Source: an uncultured Fibrobacteraceae bacterium (GTDB lineage Bacteria; Krumholzibacteriota; Krumholzibacteriia; LZORAL124-64-63). From it: a stretch of DNA of 64,000 bases. The stretch covers positions 27,358-91,357 of the forward strand of contig CAZJWO010000002.1 of assembly GCA_964549735.1 (NCBI GenBank). The letters are read 5' to 3'. Each line of letters opens with the position of its first letter. Position 1 is the stretch's first letter. Below the pieces are notes generated by a model that worked only from the letters and a program-made list of their open reading frames with translations, was not told where the DNA came from and searched no databases. Shown here piece by piece: positions 9,781 to 19,048 of this stretch. Position numbers and translations under genes: made by a program.

Positions 9781-10195
9781 ACCCGGCGCGAACGAACGCG
9801 AGGCGATCGCCCGCGCCCTGGCGGCATGGTACGAGGCCTGGCGCGCGCACGACCTCGAGAGCGTGCTGTCCCTGCTGCACGACGACGTGCGGTTCGAGCA
9901 CTGGGACGGCAGCGTGGTGGTCGGCAAGTCGGCCCTGCGCCGGGCGTGGTCCGGCTGGTTCGCCGGCCGCGACTTCCACTTCGCCGAGGAGGAGACGTTC
10001 GTCGACGCCGGTGCATGCAAGGCGCTGTTCCGCTGGCGACTGACCTGGCCGGCGCCAGGGCCCGATCGCCGCGGCGAGTTCGAAGTCCGCCGCGGCGTCG
10101 ACGTGCTGCATTTCCTGGACGCTCGGATCATCCGCAAACTCACGTACACCAAGACGACCGTGACCGCGGCCGGTCGCGGGGCTCAGCCGGCCTGA
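9773..10195 (+). CDS. NTF2-like / SnoaL-like small protein
   Basis: 140 aa; the pattern EAIARALAAWYEAWRAHDLESVLSLLHDDVRFEHW is typical of the SnoaL/DUF4440 fold. Overlaps the upstream gene by 8 nt. Confidence 0.45.
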   Translation: MPEPGANEREAIARALAAWYEAWRAHDLESVLSLLHDDVRFEHWDGSVVVGKSALRRAWSGWFAGRDFHFAEEETFVDAGACKALFRWRLTWPAPGPDRRGEFEVRRGVDVLHFLDARIIRKLTYTKTTVTAAGRGAQPA

Positions 10196-10917
10196 GCCGC
10201 GTCCGCGCCGCCCGCCAGCGCGAGCGCGCGCGGGAACAGCACGTTGTTCTCCTTGTGGATGTGGCGGTGCAGATCCCTCTCGAGCTGTTCCAACTCCTCG
10301 TAGTAGGCGCGGAAGGTGGCGCACGCATCGGCGGGCGACGCGTAACCCGAGCTCAGGTCGCGCAGTCTGGCGAGCGCGGCGCCGGCCTGTTCGTGCTCGT
10401 GTTCCATCACGCGGATCGGATTGGACAGGTGGCCGCAGTGGAACTCCGCGGCCCCCCGCGTCCGCTCGAGCATGCGGATCGCCGGGAACAGCACCTCCTC
10501 TTCCTTGCCGAGGTGCATCTCGATCTCGGCGATCAATCCCCGCAGCACGTCGCGCATCTCGACGAGTTGGGGATGCTTGGCCCCGTGCACGTCGTGGACC
10601 TTCGCCGCCAGCGCCGCCAGGCGCGGCAACGCCTCGCGCAGGTAGGCGTGATGCGTCTGTTCGAGGTGGTCGACCAGGTCGGTCAACGTGAGCCGACGGA
10701 CATCGGGCTCGGCGGCGGCGGCCGCCGCCGCGATCGGCGGTCGCGCCAGCATCCGCGCCACGGTCGCCGGGTCCAGACCGGCCTCGCGGCAGGCGTCGGC
10801 GAGCGCGCGTCCGCCGCCGCAGCAGAAGTCCAGGCCGAGCGCCTCGAGAACCGCGGCGCGAGCCGGATTCTCCGCGACCAGATCGCCCAACGTACGGTCC
10901 AGGGCCAGCGGATTCAT
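10183..10917 (-). CDS. Iron-sulfur cluster repair di-iron protein (RIC / YtfE / ScdA family)
   Basis: GLDFCCGG N-terminal motif, then two hemerythrin-like HxxxE/HHxxEE regions (HHAYLRE, HLGKEEEVLFP, MEHEHEQAG, HIHKENNVLFP). Start at MNPLAL (10917) with an AGGAGG RBS. Confidence 0.8.
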   Translation of the reverse strand: MNPLALDRTLGDLVAENPARAAVLEALGLDFCCGGGRALADACREAGLDPATVARMLARPPIAAAAAAAEPDVRRLTLTDLVDHLEQTHHAYLREALPRLAALAAKVHDVHGAKHPQLVEMRDVLRGLIAEIEMHLGKEEEVLFPAIRMLERTRGAAEFHCGHLSNPIRVMEHEHEQAGAALARLRDLSSGYASPADACATFRAYYEELEQLERDLHRHIHKENNVLFPRALALAGGADAAQAG

Positions 10918-11071
10918 GGCAGCCTCCTGATTTCGAGCATCCTTCGCCAGCGGGCGCACAGCCGCCGCCGGACTTGCGGCCACGCCCGCCGTGATGTGCG
11001 CCGCGGTGCCGGCGGCGCGAACGCGGGCGAACGATTAACCAGGGTAATTTGATCCTATATTAGCCCGCGCA

Positions 11072-11091
11072 ATTGTGGATGTCAAGGTCCA
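11072..11091 (-). promoter_or_regulatory. Operator-like motif TGGACCTTGACATCCACAAT, ~155 nt upstream of the ric start, minus orientation
   Basis: One of three copies of TGGACC-N6-TCYACAAT found in this island; see the finding at 10183-14188. Confidence 0.5.
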
Positions 11092-11124
11092 TTATATCGC
11101 AGGACCGAGACACGAGGCGGCGGG

Positions 11125-11847
11125 TCATTCCGGCCAGCCGACCGTCTGCGCGAGAAGGATGCGGTGTTCGGCCGGCAGGCCGAGCGCCGCGGACAGGCGG
11201 TCGCGATCCACCATGCCACGCACGACGGTCGCCAATCCCGCCGACGCGCAGTAGAGGTAGATGTTCTCGCTGATGAAGCCGGCGTGCGAGCCCGCCCAGA
11301 TGAGCGCGCTGTCGTCCACCTCGGCCGGCAGGCGCTCGACCAGGACCAGGTTCACGGGAGCGTCCTCGACGAAATCCTGCCGGCCGGTCAAGGCGCGCAG
11401 GTCGCCCGCGGCGATCGGCTGGAGCGTGTGCCCGTGCGCGTCGTAGAGATACGCTCCTGCGGCCAGCACGACGTACAGATCGGTGGTCTGGCGGTTGCGG
11501 GCCGACGGAGCCGTGCGATGGCCGGTTTCCGGACGGCTCACGCCCCACGCCGCCCAGAGCAGGGTCGAGAGCACCGGCAACGGCAACGGATCGGGCGCGA
11601 ACGCGCGCTGGGACTTGCGTGCCGCGAGCGCCGACAGCAGCGGCATGCCGCCGGTCGTTTCCGGAGCCGGCAGGACGATCGGCTGCAGGTCTGCCGCGAG
11701 ATCGGTCGCGACGGAGGTCGCGCCGCCAGCCGCTTCCGAGGCCGCCGGCACGACGGTGGCGAGCATGAGGAGCGCCGGCGTCAGGGCGGCGAGGCGTCCC
11801 AGGCGCAAGGCGGCGGCGTGGCGACGAGCGTCGAAGTTCCGGTCCAT
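11125..11847 (-). CDS. Nitroreductase-family protein (SagB-type / NAD(P)H nitroreductase fold) with N-terminal signal peptide or Tat-like leader
   Basis: Start at MDRNFDARRHAAALRLGRLAALTPALLMLATVVPAASEA (GGAGGA RBS). The body LWAAWGVSRP...TAPSARNRQTTDLYVV...GFISENIYLYCASAGLATVVRGMVD matches the nitroreductase fold. The N-terminal ~150 aa of track ORF 11125..12294 are discarded as non-coding. Confidence 0.65.
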   Translation of the reverse strand: MDRNFDARRHAAALRLGRLAALTPALLMLATVVPAASEAAGGATSVATDLAADLQPIVLPAPETTGGMPLLSALAARKSQRAFAPDPLPLPVLSTLLWAAWGVSRPETGHRTAPSARNRQTTDLYVVLAAGAYLYDAHGHTLQPIAAGDLRALTGRQDFVEDAPVNLVLVERLPAEVDDSALIWAGSHAGFISENIYLYCASAGLATVVRGMVDRDRLSAALGLPAEHRILLAQTVGWPE

Positions 11848-11954
11848 TGCTTCCTCCGGGGCTGGTGCTGCGGGCGAGCGTACGCTGTCGAGGGCGCCGG
11901 CGTCCAGATGCAGATCGCGATCGCTGTTCGGCTTGGTGAACACGCCTCTTCGTG

Positions 11955-11976
11955 CTATTGTAGATATCCGGGTCCA
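11955..11976 (-). promoter_or_regulatory. Operator-like motif TGGACCCGGATATCTACAATAG in the Rrf2 / nitroreductase divergent region, minus orientation
   Basis: Second copy of TGGACC-N6-TCYACAAT, ~110 nt upstream of the nitroreductase start and ~30 nt upstream of the Rrf2 start. Confidence 0.5.
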
Positions 11977-12004
11977 CATCTTTCTTCGCACGAGCGGAGG
12001 AACC

Positions 12005-12466
12005 ATGCTCTCGCAAACCGCCGAATACGCCCTGCGCGCCGTGGTCTGGCTGGCCGCGCAGAATGCCCAGACGACAACAGCCGGCGCCGGCAGTTCCGCG
12101 CGCACCACGGCGCAGATCGCCGCCGGCACCAAGGTGCCCGCCGGATATCTCGCCAAGGTGATGCAGCGGCTCGGTCGCGCCAGCCTGGTCAAGGCGCAGC
12201 GCGGACTCGGCGGCGGATTCACGCTGGCGCGCGACGCGGCGGCGATCACCGCCCTGGATGTCGTCGAGGCCGTCGAGCCGATCGCGCGCATCATCGACTG
12301 TCCGCTCGGCGTCGCCGACCACTCCGGCTGCCTCTGCCCCCTGCACAGCCGCCTCGATCAACTGCTGGAGACCGCGTCCAGGACGCTCGGCTCGACGACG
12401 ATCGCCGCGCTCGTCGCCGAGCCGGCGACCGGCCGGCCCTTCTGCGGCATCCCGCCGGAGGATTGA
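12005..12466 (+). CDS. Rrf2-family transcriptional regulator (NsrR/IscR-like)
   Basis: N-terminal MLSQTAEYALRAVVWLA winged-helix signature and a three-Cys cluster IIDCPLGVADHSGCLCPLH for Fe-S ligation. GGAGGA RBS upstream of ATG 12005. Confidence 0.8.
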   Translation: MLSQTAEYALRAVVWLAAQNAQTTTAGAGSSARTTAQIAAGTKVPAGYLAKVMQRLGRASLVKAQRGLGGGFTLARDAAAITALDVVEAVEPIARIIDCPLGVADHSGCLCPLHSRLDQLLETASRTLGSTTIAALVAEPATGRPFCGIPPED

Positions 12467-12473
12467 CCCCGGA

Positions 12474-13673
12474 TCACGCGTAGTACAGCAATCGCCGCTC
12501 GCCCTCCAGTTGCCGGATGTGGGTGACGTCCTGCGTCATCTCCAGGCAGCCCCGATAGACGCCGTCCTGTCGCACCGCGAAGTAACGGATGTGCACGAAG
12601 CGCCCCTGGAAGGTGATCCAGAACTCGGCCTGCGACTGGGTGCCGGCCCGGAAATCGGCGAGGATGCGCTCGACGGTGTCGACGCTCTTGGGCGGATGGC
12701 AGTGCTGCACCTTGCGGCCGAGGATCACGGCGGATCGCGTGAAGACGCGGTCCGGGCCCTCGCTGAAGAAGCGCACGCGATCGTCCTCGTCGACGAAGGT
12801 CAGGTCGACCGGCATGGTCGAGAACAGCAGCCGCAGCTGCTCGTGCGTCAACACGCCGGTGCCGAGGTCGATGCCGGCCGTCGCCGTCATCGCCACCGGT
12901 TCGGGGCCGGCGGCCGGTTGCGGCGGCTGCCAGGCGGCGCGCGGCATGACGAGGCACCAGCCGTATTGCGGACTATCGGCGTGGATCCGGCCCCAATCCT
13001 CCTCCGTGAAGAGGCTCTGGCACATCGGGACCAGGATCGTCTCTTCGCGCTCGACCATCTTGACCAGCAGGTCGACCGCTTCGCGTCCCGCATTCTGGAC
13101 GTCCGACCACGCCGACTGCGGCGCCAGCAGGCGATCGAAGCCGGCCAGCGCCTGGCGCACCTCGTCGTCCTTGCCCCACATGACCTTCGACGGCCCGTCG
13201 ACGCCGTGCCGCTCGAGGATCGAGAACCAGGCGTTCTCCTTGCGCTGGTAATGCTTCTCGACGTCCATCAGCGCGTTCAGGCCGCGGCGCAGGGCGAGCA
13301 GGCGCTGCTCGTCCGGCCAGGCGACCTCGCCGGAGAGCAGGTCCGCCAGCTCGCGCGCGTGGCTCTTCAGGGCGGCGTTCTCCTGCTGCAGGACGTCGAC
13401 CGGATGACCGGGCGGCACCAGCTGCACGACCGGCGCCACCAGATCGGCCACGACCTCGCGGTGCAGGTCGCACATGCCCATGATCTCGGCGACCGGCATG
13501 CCCTGGGCGATGAGCTCCTGCTCCATCGCGGCGATCTCGCCGGCGTCGCACTGCCCGACGAGTTCCCGCAGGCGGTCCTTGACCTCCGCCGCCGGGCGGC
13601 CGGCATGCAGATCGCGGATGATCGCGGCGAGCGTCGCGATGCGTCGCTGCTGGTTGTTGATGAGTTCGCTCAC
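12474..13673 (-). CDS. DUF438-family protein with hemerythrin-like cation-binding and C-terminal PAS-like region
   Basis: Apparent GTG start at 13673 (VSELINNQQRR), overlapping the DUF1858 stop by 4 nt (GTGA). HxxxE-type motifs (CDLHREV, MDVEKHYQRKENAWF). The C-terminal region LTFVDEDDRVRFFS...RKVQHCHPPKSV resembles the PAS_10 domain usually fused to DUF438. The upstream portion of track ORF 12474..14078 is in a different gene's space. Confidence 0.55.
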   Translation of the reverse strand: MSELINNQQRRIATLAAIIRDLHAGRPAAEVKDRLRELVGQCDAGEIAAMEQELIAQGMPVAEIMGMCDLHREVVADLVAPVVQLVPPGHPVDVLQQENAALKSHARELADLLSGEVAWPDEQRLLALRRGLNALMDVEKHYQRKENAWFSILERHGVDGPSKVMWGKDDEVRQALAGFDRLLAPQSAWSDVQNAGREAVDLLVKMVEREETILVPMCQSLFTEEDWGRIHADSPQYGWCLVMPRAAWQPPQPAAGPEPVAMTATAGIDLGTGVLTHEQLRLLFSTMPVDLTFVDEDDRVRFFSEGPDRVFTRSAVILGRKVQHCHPPKSVDTVERILADFRAGTQSQAEFWITFQGRFVHIRYFAVRQDGVYRGCLEMTQDVTHIRQLEGERRLLYYA

Positions 13674-13963
13674 GGATTGGCCTCCTTGGGGGCAAGGCGC
13701 GGCGCGGCACCCGCCGCCGCGCCGGTCGCCGTCGCGCCGCCGGCTTCCCGCTCGCCCGCGGCGGCGTGCAGGGCGGCCAGGACCTCGCCGAGCGCGCGGT
13801 CGTTGCGCTCGCAGGCCTGGCGCAGCGTGACCAGCCGGGACATGACCTGGCGGGTCACCGGATTGGCCAGCGGCTTGAAGCCCTGCGCCACCAGGACTTC
13901 GAGCATCCACGGATCGCGTCGCAGGAGTTCCGCCACGGTCAGGTCGGGATCGAAACGAGACAC
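13670..13963 (-). CDS. DUF1858-domain protein
   Basis: 97 aa; DLTVAELLRRDPWMLEVLVAQGFKPLANP...TLRQAC matches the DUF1858 fold that usually partners DUF438 in NO-responsive loci. Confidence 0.55.
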   Translation of the reverse strand: MSRFDPDLTVAELLRRDPWMLEVLVAQGFKPLANPVTRQVMSRLVTLRQACERNDRALGEVLAALHAAAGEREAGGATATGAAAGAAPRLAPKEANP

Positions 13964-14012
13964 GGCGCCACCTTCCTGCCGGCCGGCGCGATCGCCCGGA
14001 TTGCGCCGGCGG

Positions 14013-14033
14013 TTTCAATAACTGGACCTTGTT
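14013..14033 (+). promoter_or_regulatory. Operator-like motif TGGACCTTGTTGTCCACAATA in the DUF1858 / ldh divergent region, plus orientation
   Basis: Third and best copy; contains a perfect inverted repeat TGGAC-N6-GTCCA. Lies ~155 nt upstream of ldh and 50 nt upstream of the DUF1858 start. Confidence 0.5.
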
Positions 14034-14188
14034 GTCCACAATATAGGCGCATGCGACGCGCAGCGCAAAGGACGGCACACCGGGCGGGGCGCGGCCGGTC
14101 CGGTTGCCGCCTCCGGCGCGTTGCCCTTGCTTGTCGCAGCAGGCTGCGCGGAGGACGCGCCGCCCCCTCGAGCAGGAGGTGGACGTAG

Positions 14189-15136
14189 ATGAAGATCGGC
14201 ATCGTCGGCACCGGCATGGTCGGCTCCTCGGCCGCCTACGCGATGGTCATGAACGGCATCGGCCGCGAGATCGTCATGATCGACAAGGACCGTGCGCGCG
14301 CCGAGGCCGAAGCGGCCGACCTCTCGCACGCCGTGCCCTTCGCCCACCCGCTGCGCATCCACGCCGGCGACTACGCCGACCTCGCCGGCGCCCGCGCGGT
14401 CGTCATCGCGGCCGGCGTCGGCCGCAAACCGGACGAGTCGCGGCTGCAGCTCCTCGAGCGCAACGCCGGCGTCTTCGCCGACGTGGTGCCGCGCATCCTC
14501 GAGCACGCGCCGCAAGCGATCCTCGTGATCGCGACCAACCCCGTCGACGTCATGACGCACATGGCGGCGCGGTATGCCGAAGCGTTCGCCGTGCCGCACG
14601 GCCGCGTCATCGGCTCGGGCACGACCCTGGACACGGCCCGCTTCCGCGCGCTCCTGGGCCGCGAGCTCGGCGTCGACCCCGCGCACGTGCACGCCTACGT
14701 GATCGGCGAACACGGCGACAGCGAGGTGCTCACGTGGTCGGCCGCGACCATCGCGGGCGTGCCGCTCGCGGACTTCTGCCGGCTGCACGGGATCGACCTC
14801 GACGACGAGAAGAAGGCCCAGATCGACCACGCCGTGCGCAAGGCGGCGCCGCCGATCATCGCCGGCAAGGGCGCGACCTATTACGGCATCGGCGCGGCCC
14901 TGGCCCGCATCGTCGACGTCATCCTGCTGGATCAGCGCGCCATCCTGACGATCTGCACCATGAGCCACGGCGTGCTCGGCCACGACGACGTGACCGTCTC
15001 GTTCCCGCACCTGCTGGGCGGTTCGGGCATGCTCTTGCCGATCCCGCCGCAGGTCGACGAGGGCGAGACGAAGGCGCTGGCGGCCAGCGTCGCCGTCGTG
15101 CGCGAAGCGACGTCCGCGCTCGAGAAGCAGCGCTAG
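14189..15136 (+). CDS. ldh: L-lactate dehydrogenase (LDH/MDH superfamily)
   Basis: [13 protein letters not shown] Rossmann motif, [22 protein letters not shown], catalytic-loop [10 protein letters not shown]. 315 aa. Confidence 0.85.
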   Translation: MKIGIVGTGMVGSSAAYAMVMNGIGREIVMIDKDRARAEAEAADLSHAVPFAHPLRIHAGDYADLAGARAVVIAAGVGRKPDESRLQLLERNAGVFADVVPRILEHAPQAILVIATNPVDVMTHMAARYAEAFAVPHGRVIGSGTTLDTARFRALLGRELGVDPAHVHAYVIGEHGDSEVLTWSAATIAGVPLADFCRLHGIDLDDEKKAQIDHAVRKAAPPIIAGKGATYYGIGAALARIVDVILLDQRAILTICTMSHGVLGHDDVTVSFPHLLGGSGMLLPIPPQVDEGETKALAASVAVVREATSALEKQR

Positions 15137-16314
15137 CCAGGCTGCGGCGCGATGCGGACGCTCTCGCTGGCGAAGACGAGCATCTGCACCGGCTGGACCC
15201 GGATGCGGACCTCGCTGCCTTCGGCCAGATCGACGGCGCCGGGCAGGCGCGCGTGCAGATGCACGGCGGCGGCCGCCGCCGCGCCGTTCAAGATCCGCAG
15301 GTGGATCAGCGTGGCGCCGGGCAGGACGCGTCGGGCCAAGACCTGCGCGGGCAGCAACGGCCCGGCGTCGGCGCGGTCCAGGCGCGTGATGTTGCCGCGG
15401 GCGGCGGCGTCGACGAGCACGGCCTCCGGCCGGAAGATCACATCGGCCGCCTGCCCGTCCTTGAGCCAGCCGGCCGGCACCGGACCGAACGGTGTCGCGA
15501 CCTCGCCGCCGCGCACGACGCCCTGCAAGCGGTTCACCTCGCCGAAGAACCCCGCCACGAACGGGCTCTGCGGCCGATAGTAGAGGTCGGTCGCCGTACC
15601 GCTCTGCAGGATGCGGCCCTGATCCATCAGCACGATGCGATCGCCCATGAACATCGCTTCTTCGGGGTCGTGCGTGACCATGACCGTGGCCACGCCGCTG
15701 GACTTCAGCACGTGCAGGGTCTCGTCGCGCACCTGGCTGCGCAGGCGCGAGTCCAGGCTCGAGAAGGGCTCGTCCAGCAGCATGATCGCCGGCGCCGGCG
15801 CCAGGGCCCGCGCCAACGCGGCGCGCTGTTGCTGGCCGCCCGAAAGCTGGTGCGGGAACGCGTGCAGATACTCGCGCAGGTCGACGCGCAGCAGCGCGCA
15901 CTCGGCGATCTCGCGGCGCTCCCGGCGGTCCTTGACCGCCGCCAGGCCGAACATCGCGTTCTGCAGGACCGTCAAGTGCGGAAAGAGCGCGAAGTCCTGG
16001 AACAGGAAGCCGATCCCGCGTTGCTCGGGCAGCAGCTGCCCGCGCTGGTCGGCGATGACGACGCCGTCCAGGCCGATCGCGCCGGCCTGCAAGGTCTCCA
16101 GACCGGCGATGAGCCGCAGCAAGGTCGTCTTGCCGCAGCCGGAAGCCCCGAGCAGGCACACGATCTCGGCCGGCGCCACGGTCAGGTGCACGTCGGCGAG
16201 CACGCGCCGGTCGCCGAACGCGTGATGGACGCCGGCGACCCGCAAGCGCGGCCGTCCGTTGCGGCCGTCGCCGACCACTTCGCGACGCGGCGGTTGCGCA
16301 CGTTCTTTCGGCAT
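15133..16314 (-). CDS. ABC transporter ATP-binding protein (Fe3+ / spermidine-type importer ATPase, FbpC/PotA-like)
   Basis: Walker [10 protein letters not shown], signature [15 protein letters not shown], Walker [11 protein letters not shown], and a C-terminal TOBE-like domain. Confidence 0.85.
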   Translation of the reverse strand: MPKERAQPPRREVVGDGRNGRPRLRVAGVHHAFGDRRVLADVHLTVAPAEIVCLLGASGCGKTTLLRLIAGLETLQAGAIGLDGVVIADQRGQLLPEQRGIGFLFQDFALFPHLTVLQNAMFGLAAVKDRRERREIAECALLRVDLREYLHAFPHQLSGGQQQRAALARALAPAPAIMLLDEPFSSLDSRLRSQVRDETLHVLKSSGVATVMVTHDPEEAMFMGDRIVLMDQGRILQSGTATDLYYRPQSPFVAGFFGEVNRLQGVVRGGEVATPFGPVPAGWLKDGQAADVIFRPEAVLVDAAARGNITRLDRADAGPLLPAQVLARRVLPGATLIHLRILNGAAAAAAVHLHARLPGAVDLAEGSEVRIRVQPVQMLVFASESVRIAPQPG

Positions 16315-16333
16315 GCGGCGAACCCCTCGCAGG

Positions 16334-17965
16334 TCAGCGATCGGCCGCCGCGCCGGGCCGCGAGCGGGCGATCATCAGGCTGGCCAGGATCACCGGCACG
16401 ATGCCGGCGAGCACGATGGCCAAGGAAGCGCTGGCCGACTCTTTCAGCAAGCCGTCGGTCGCCAGTTCGTGCGAGCGGATCGCGAGCGTCGCCAGCCCGA
16501 ACGGGCGCATCATGAACGTCGCGGGCAGTTCCTTCATCACGTCGACGAAGACGAGCACCGCCGCGGTCAGCAGGCTGCCCCGCATCATGGGCAGGTGCAC
16601 TCGGCGCAACGTATCGCCGGCCGAGTGGCCGAGGGTGCGCGCCGCGCCGTCCATGCTCGGGGTGATCCGCTGCAGGCTCGCCTCGACGGACTTGCCCGCC
16701 AAAGCCAGGAAGCGGACCACGTAGGCGTAGATCAGCGCCGTCCACGTGCCGGTCAGCAGCAGCCCGGTCGAGCGGCTGGCCAGGCGCATCGCGAGATCGT
16801 CGATCGCGTGGTCGAGGCGGGTCAGCGGGATCATGATCCCGAGCGCGATGACGGCCCCGGGAACCGCGTAGCCGAGGTACGACGCCTGGACGGCCGCGGC
16901 CATGATCCTGCCGGGCGCCAGCCGGCGGCCATAGGCGAGCAGCACCGCCGCCGCGACGGCGACCAGCGCCGCCAGCCCGGCCAGGCCCAGGCTCGACAGG
17001 GCCATCTGCACGTACTGCGGATTGACGAAGTCGCGGGTCTGCCAGGTCCAGACGACCATCGCGACCAGCGGTAGCAGGAAGCCGAACCCGACCGGCAGTC
17101 CGCAGACGACCAGCGCCGCCGCGGCGCCCTTGCGCGTCAGGAGGTAGCGCGGGAGGCGGCGGTCGTAGCCCATCGCCAGGCTCGTGCGGCCACGGCGCGA
17201 CCAGCGCTCCAGGCAGACGAGACCCAGGACGAAGAGCATGAGCAGCGCGCCGAGCTGCGCGGCGACCTGCGGTTGCCCGAGTCCGAGCCAAGTGCGGCGG
17301 ATGCCCGTGACGAAGGTGTCGACGGCCAGGAAATCGACGGTGCCGAAGTCGTTCAAGGTCTCCATCAGGGCCAGGACCAGCCCGCCCGCGATCGCCGGCC
17401 GCGCGAGCGGCAGCGCCACGGTCAAGAACGTGCGCCAGCCGCCGCGCCCCAGCGTGCGGCTGGCCTCGAGCACGCCGACGGCCTGCTCCAAGAACGCGGC
17501 CCTGGCCAGCAGATACACGTAAGGATAGTAGACGAGGATCATCATGCAGGCTGCGCCGGGCAGCGAGCGGATCTGCGGGAACCAGTACTGCGCGGCCGAT
17601 TCCCAGCCGCCCGCCGCGCGCACCCACGACTGCACCGGCCCGGCGAACTCCAGCAAGGTCGTGTAGGTGAACGCGATGACGTAGGCGGGCACCGCGAGCG
17701 GCATCAGCAGCGCCCACTCGAAGAGGCGCCGGCCGGGAAACGCCGTCATCGTCACCAGCCAGGCCGTGGCCACGCCCAGCAGCAGCGTCCCGACGCCGAC
17801 GCCGAGCATGAGCGTCAGCGAACCGGTCAGATACCGCGGCAGGACCGTGCCGGCCAGGTGCGCCCAGACCTCGCGCGACGGCACGAAGAGATGCGCCGCC
17901 ACCACGACGATCGGGACGGCGACCAGGACGGCCACCGCGGCGGCGCCGATCGCCAACCCCTTCAT
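16334..17965 (-). CDS. ABC transporter permease with duplicated transmembrane domains (iron(III) FbpB-type)
   Basis: 543 aa, highly hydrophobic, two repeated permease halves each with an EAA-like loop. Confidence 0.8.
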   Translation of the reverse strand: MKGLAIGAAAVAVLVAVPIVVVAAHLFVPSREVWAHLAGTVLPRYLTGSLTLMLGVGVGTLLLGVATAWLVTMTAFPGRRLFEWALLMPLAVPAYVIAFTYTTLLEFAGPVQSWVRAAGGWESAAQYWFPQIRSLPGAACMMILVYYPYVYLLARAAFLEQAVGVLEASRTLGRGGWRTFLTVALPLARPAIAGGLVLALMETLNDFGTVDFLAVDTFVTGIRRTWLGLGQPQVAAQLGALLMLFVLGLVCLERWSRRGRTSLAMGYDRRLPRYLLTRKGAAAALVVCGLPVGFGFLLPLVAMVVWTWQTRDFVNPQYVQMALSSLGLAGLAALVAVAAAVLLAYGRRLAPGRIMAAAVQASYLGYAVPGAVIALGIMIPLTRLDHAIDDLAMRLASRSTGLLLTGTWTALIYAYVVRFLALAGKSVEASLQRITPSMDGAARTLGHSAGDTLRRVHLPMMRGSLLTAAVLVFVDVMKELPATFMMRPFGLATLAIRSHELATDGLLKESASASLAIVLAGIVPVILASLMIARSRPGAAADR

Positions 17966-17987
17966 GCGGAACGCCCCGCGCCGCCGG

Positions 17988-19040
17988 TCACCGCCAGCCA
18001 GCCCGGTCCATGATGCGGACCGCCTCGGCGGCGTGCTGCTCGAGCCGCGAGAGGTGCAGAGCGTCGGCCTTGAACGTCCCGAGCACGGCGACGGCGCCCG
18101 ACGGCGCGACGCGCGGATTGACCGGGTACTCGTGGTTCTCGCGGGCGTAGATCTCCTGCGCCAGCTCGCCGGACAGGAACTCCAGGAGCCGAGTCGCGGC
18201 CGCGACCTGGCGCGCGCTGCGCGTCACGCCGGCGCCGCTGAGGTTCATGTGCGCGCCGCGATCGTCCTGGTTCGGCCACAGCAGCCGCACGCCGCGGACG
18301 ACGGCCTGGTCGTCGGGCCGGTCCGACGCCGCCAGGCGCGCGAAGTAGTAGGTGTTGGCGATCGCCACGTCGCATTCGCCGGCCGCCACGGCGCGGATCT
18401 GGGCGGTGTCGTTGTCCTGCGGGCGGCGGGCGAGGTTGGCCACCAGGCCGCGCACGAGGACCTCGGCCCGCTGCGGGCCGTGGTGCGCCACCCAGGAGGC
18501 CACCAGCGACTGGTTGTAGATGTTCGTCGAGCTGCGCACGCAGAGCCGGCGCCCCAGATCCGGCTCGGCCAGGGCCTCGTAGGTGGCGATCGCCAGCGGG
18601 TCGACCCGCTCCGGCGCGTAGAAGATGACGCGCGCCCGCGCCGACAGCCCGAACCATTGTCCGTCCTGGTCGCGATACTGCGGCGGGATGTTCTGCTCGA
18701 GCACGGTCGAGGCGATCGGCTGCAGGACCCCGGCCGCCTTGGCGGCCACCAGGTTGCCCACGTCCACGGTCAGCAGCACGTCGGCCGGGCTGTGCCGACC
18801 CTCGTTGCGCAGGCGCTCGAGAAGCGCCGGCCCCTCGCCGGTCAACAGCCGGTAGGAGATGCCGGTCTCCTGCTGGAAGGCGTCGAGCAGGGGCTTGATG
18901 AGGTGCTCCTGGCGCGCGGAATAGACGTTGACCAGGGCGGCGGCGGGCGGATCGACGGCGCGCGCGGCAGCGGCGCCGCCGCCGTCCAGGAGCAAGGCGC
19001 AGGACCCCGCGAGCACCGCGCGCAGAACCGCTCTTCGCAT
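17988..19040 (-). CDS. ABC transporter periplasmic substrate-binding protein (ferric iron FbpA/AfuA-like)
   Basis: Start at MRRAVLRAVLAGSCALLL (signal peptide). Body typical of iron-binding PBP2 proteins. The track ORF 17988..19736 extends upstream in a frame overlapping the next gene and is trimmed. Confidence 0.7.
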   Translation of the reverse strand: MRRAVLRAVLAGSCALLLDGGGAAAARAVDPPAAALVNVYSARQEHLIKPLLDAFQQETGISYRLLTGEGPALLERLRNEGRHSPADVLLTVDVGNLVAAKAAGVLQPIASTVLEQNIPPQYRDQDGQWFGLSARARVIFYAPERVDPLAIATYEALAEPDLGRRLCVRSSTNIYNQSLVASWVAHHGPQRAEVLVRGLVANLARRPQDNDTAQIRAVAAGECDVAIANTYYFARLAASDRPDDQAVVRGVRLLWPNQDDRGAHMNLSGAGVTRSARQVAAATRLLEFLSGELAQEIYARENHEYPVNPRVAPSGAVAVLGTFKADALHLSRLEQHAAEAVRIMDRAGWR

Positions 19041-19048
19041 GGGCACCT

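Noticed and set aside
8611-10152. Upstream extension of the ligase ORF to 10152 (the 1054-aa track ORF 6988..10152)
   Set aside because: Beyond MQPGELRLL the translation becomes Arg/Ser/Pro-rich, lacks AMP-ligase N-terminal similarity and runs antisense through the well-supported HemK-like and NTF2-like genes. The start was set at 8610, which has a plausible RBS.
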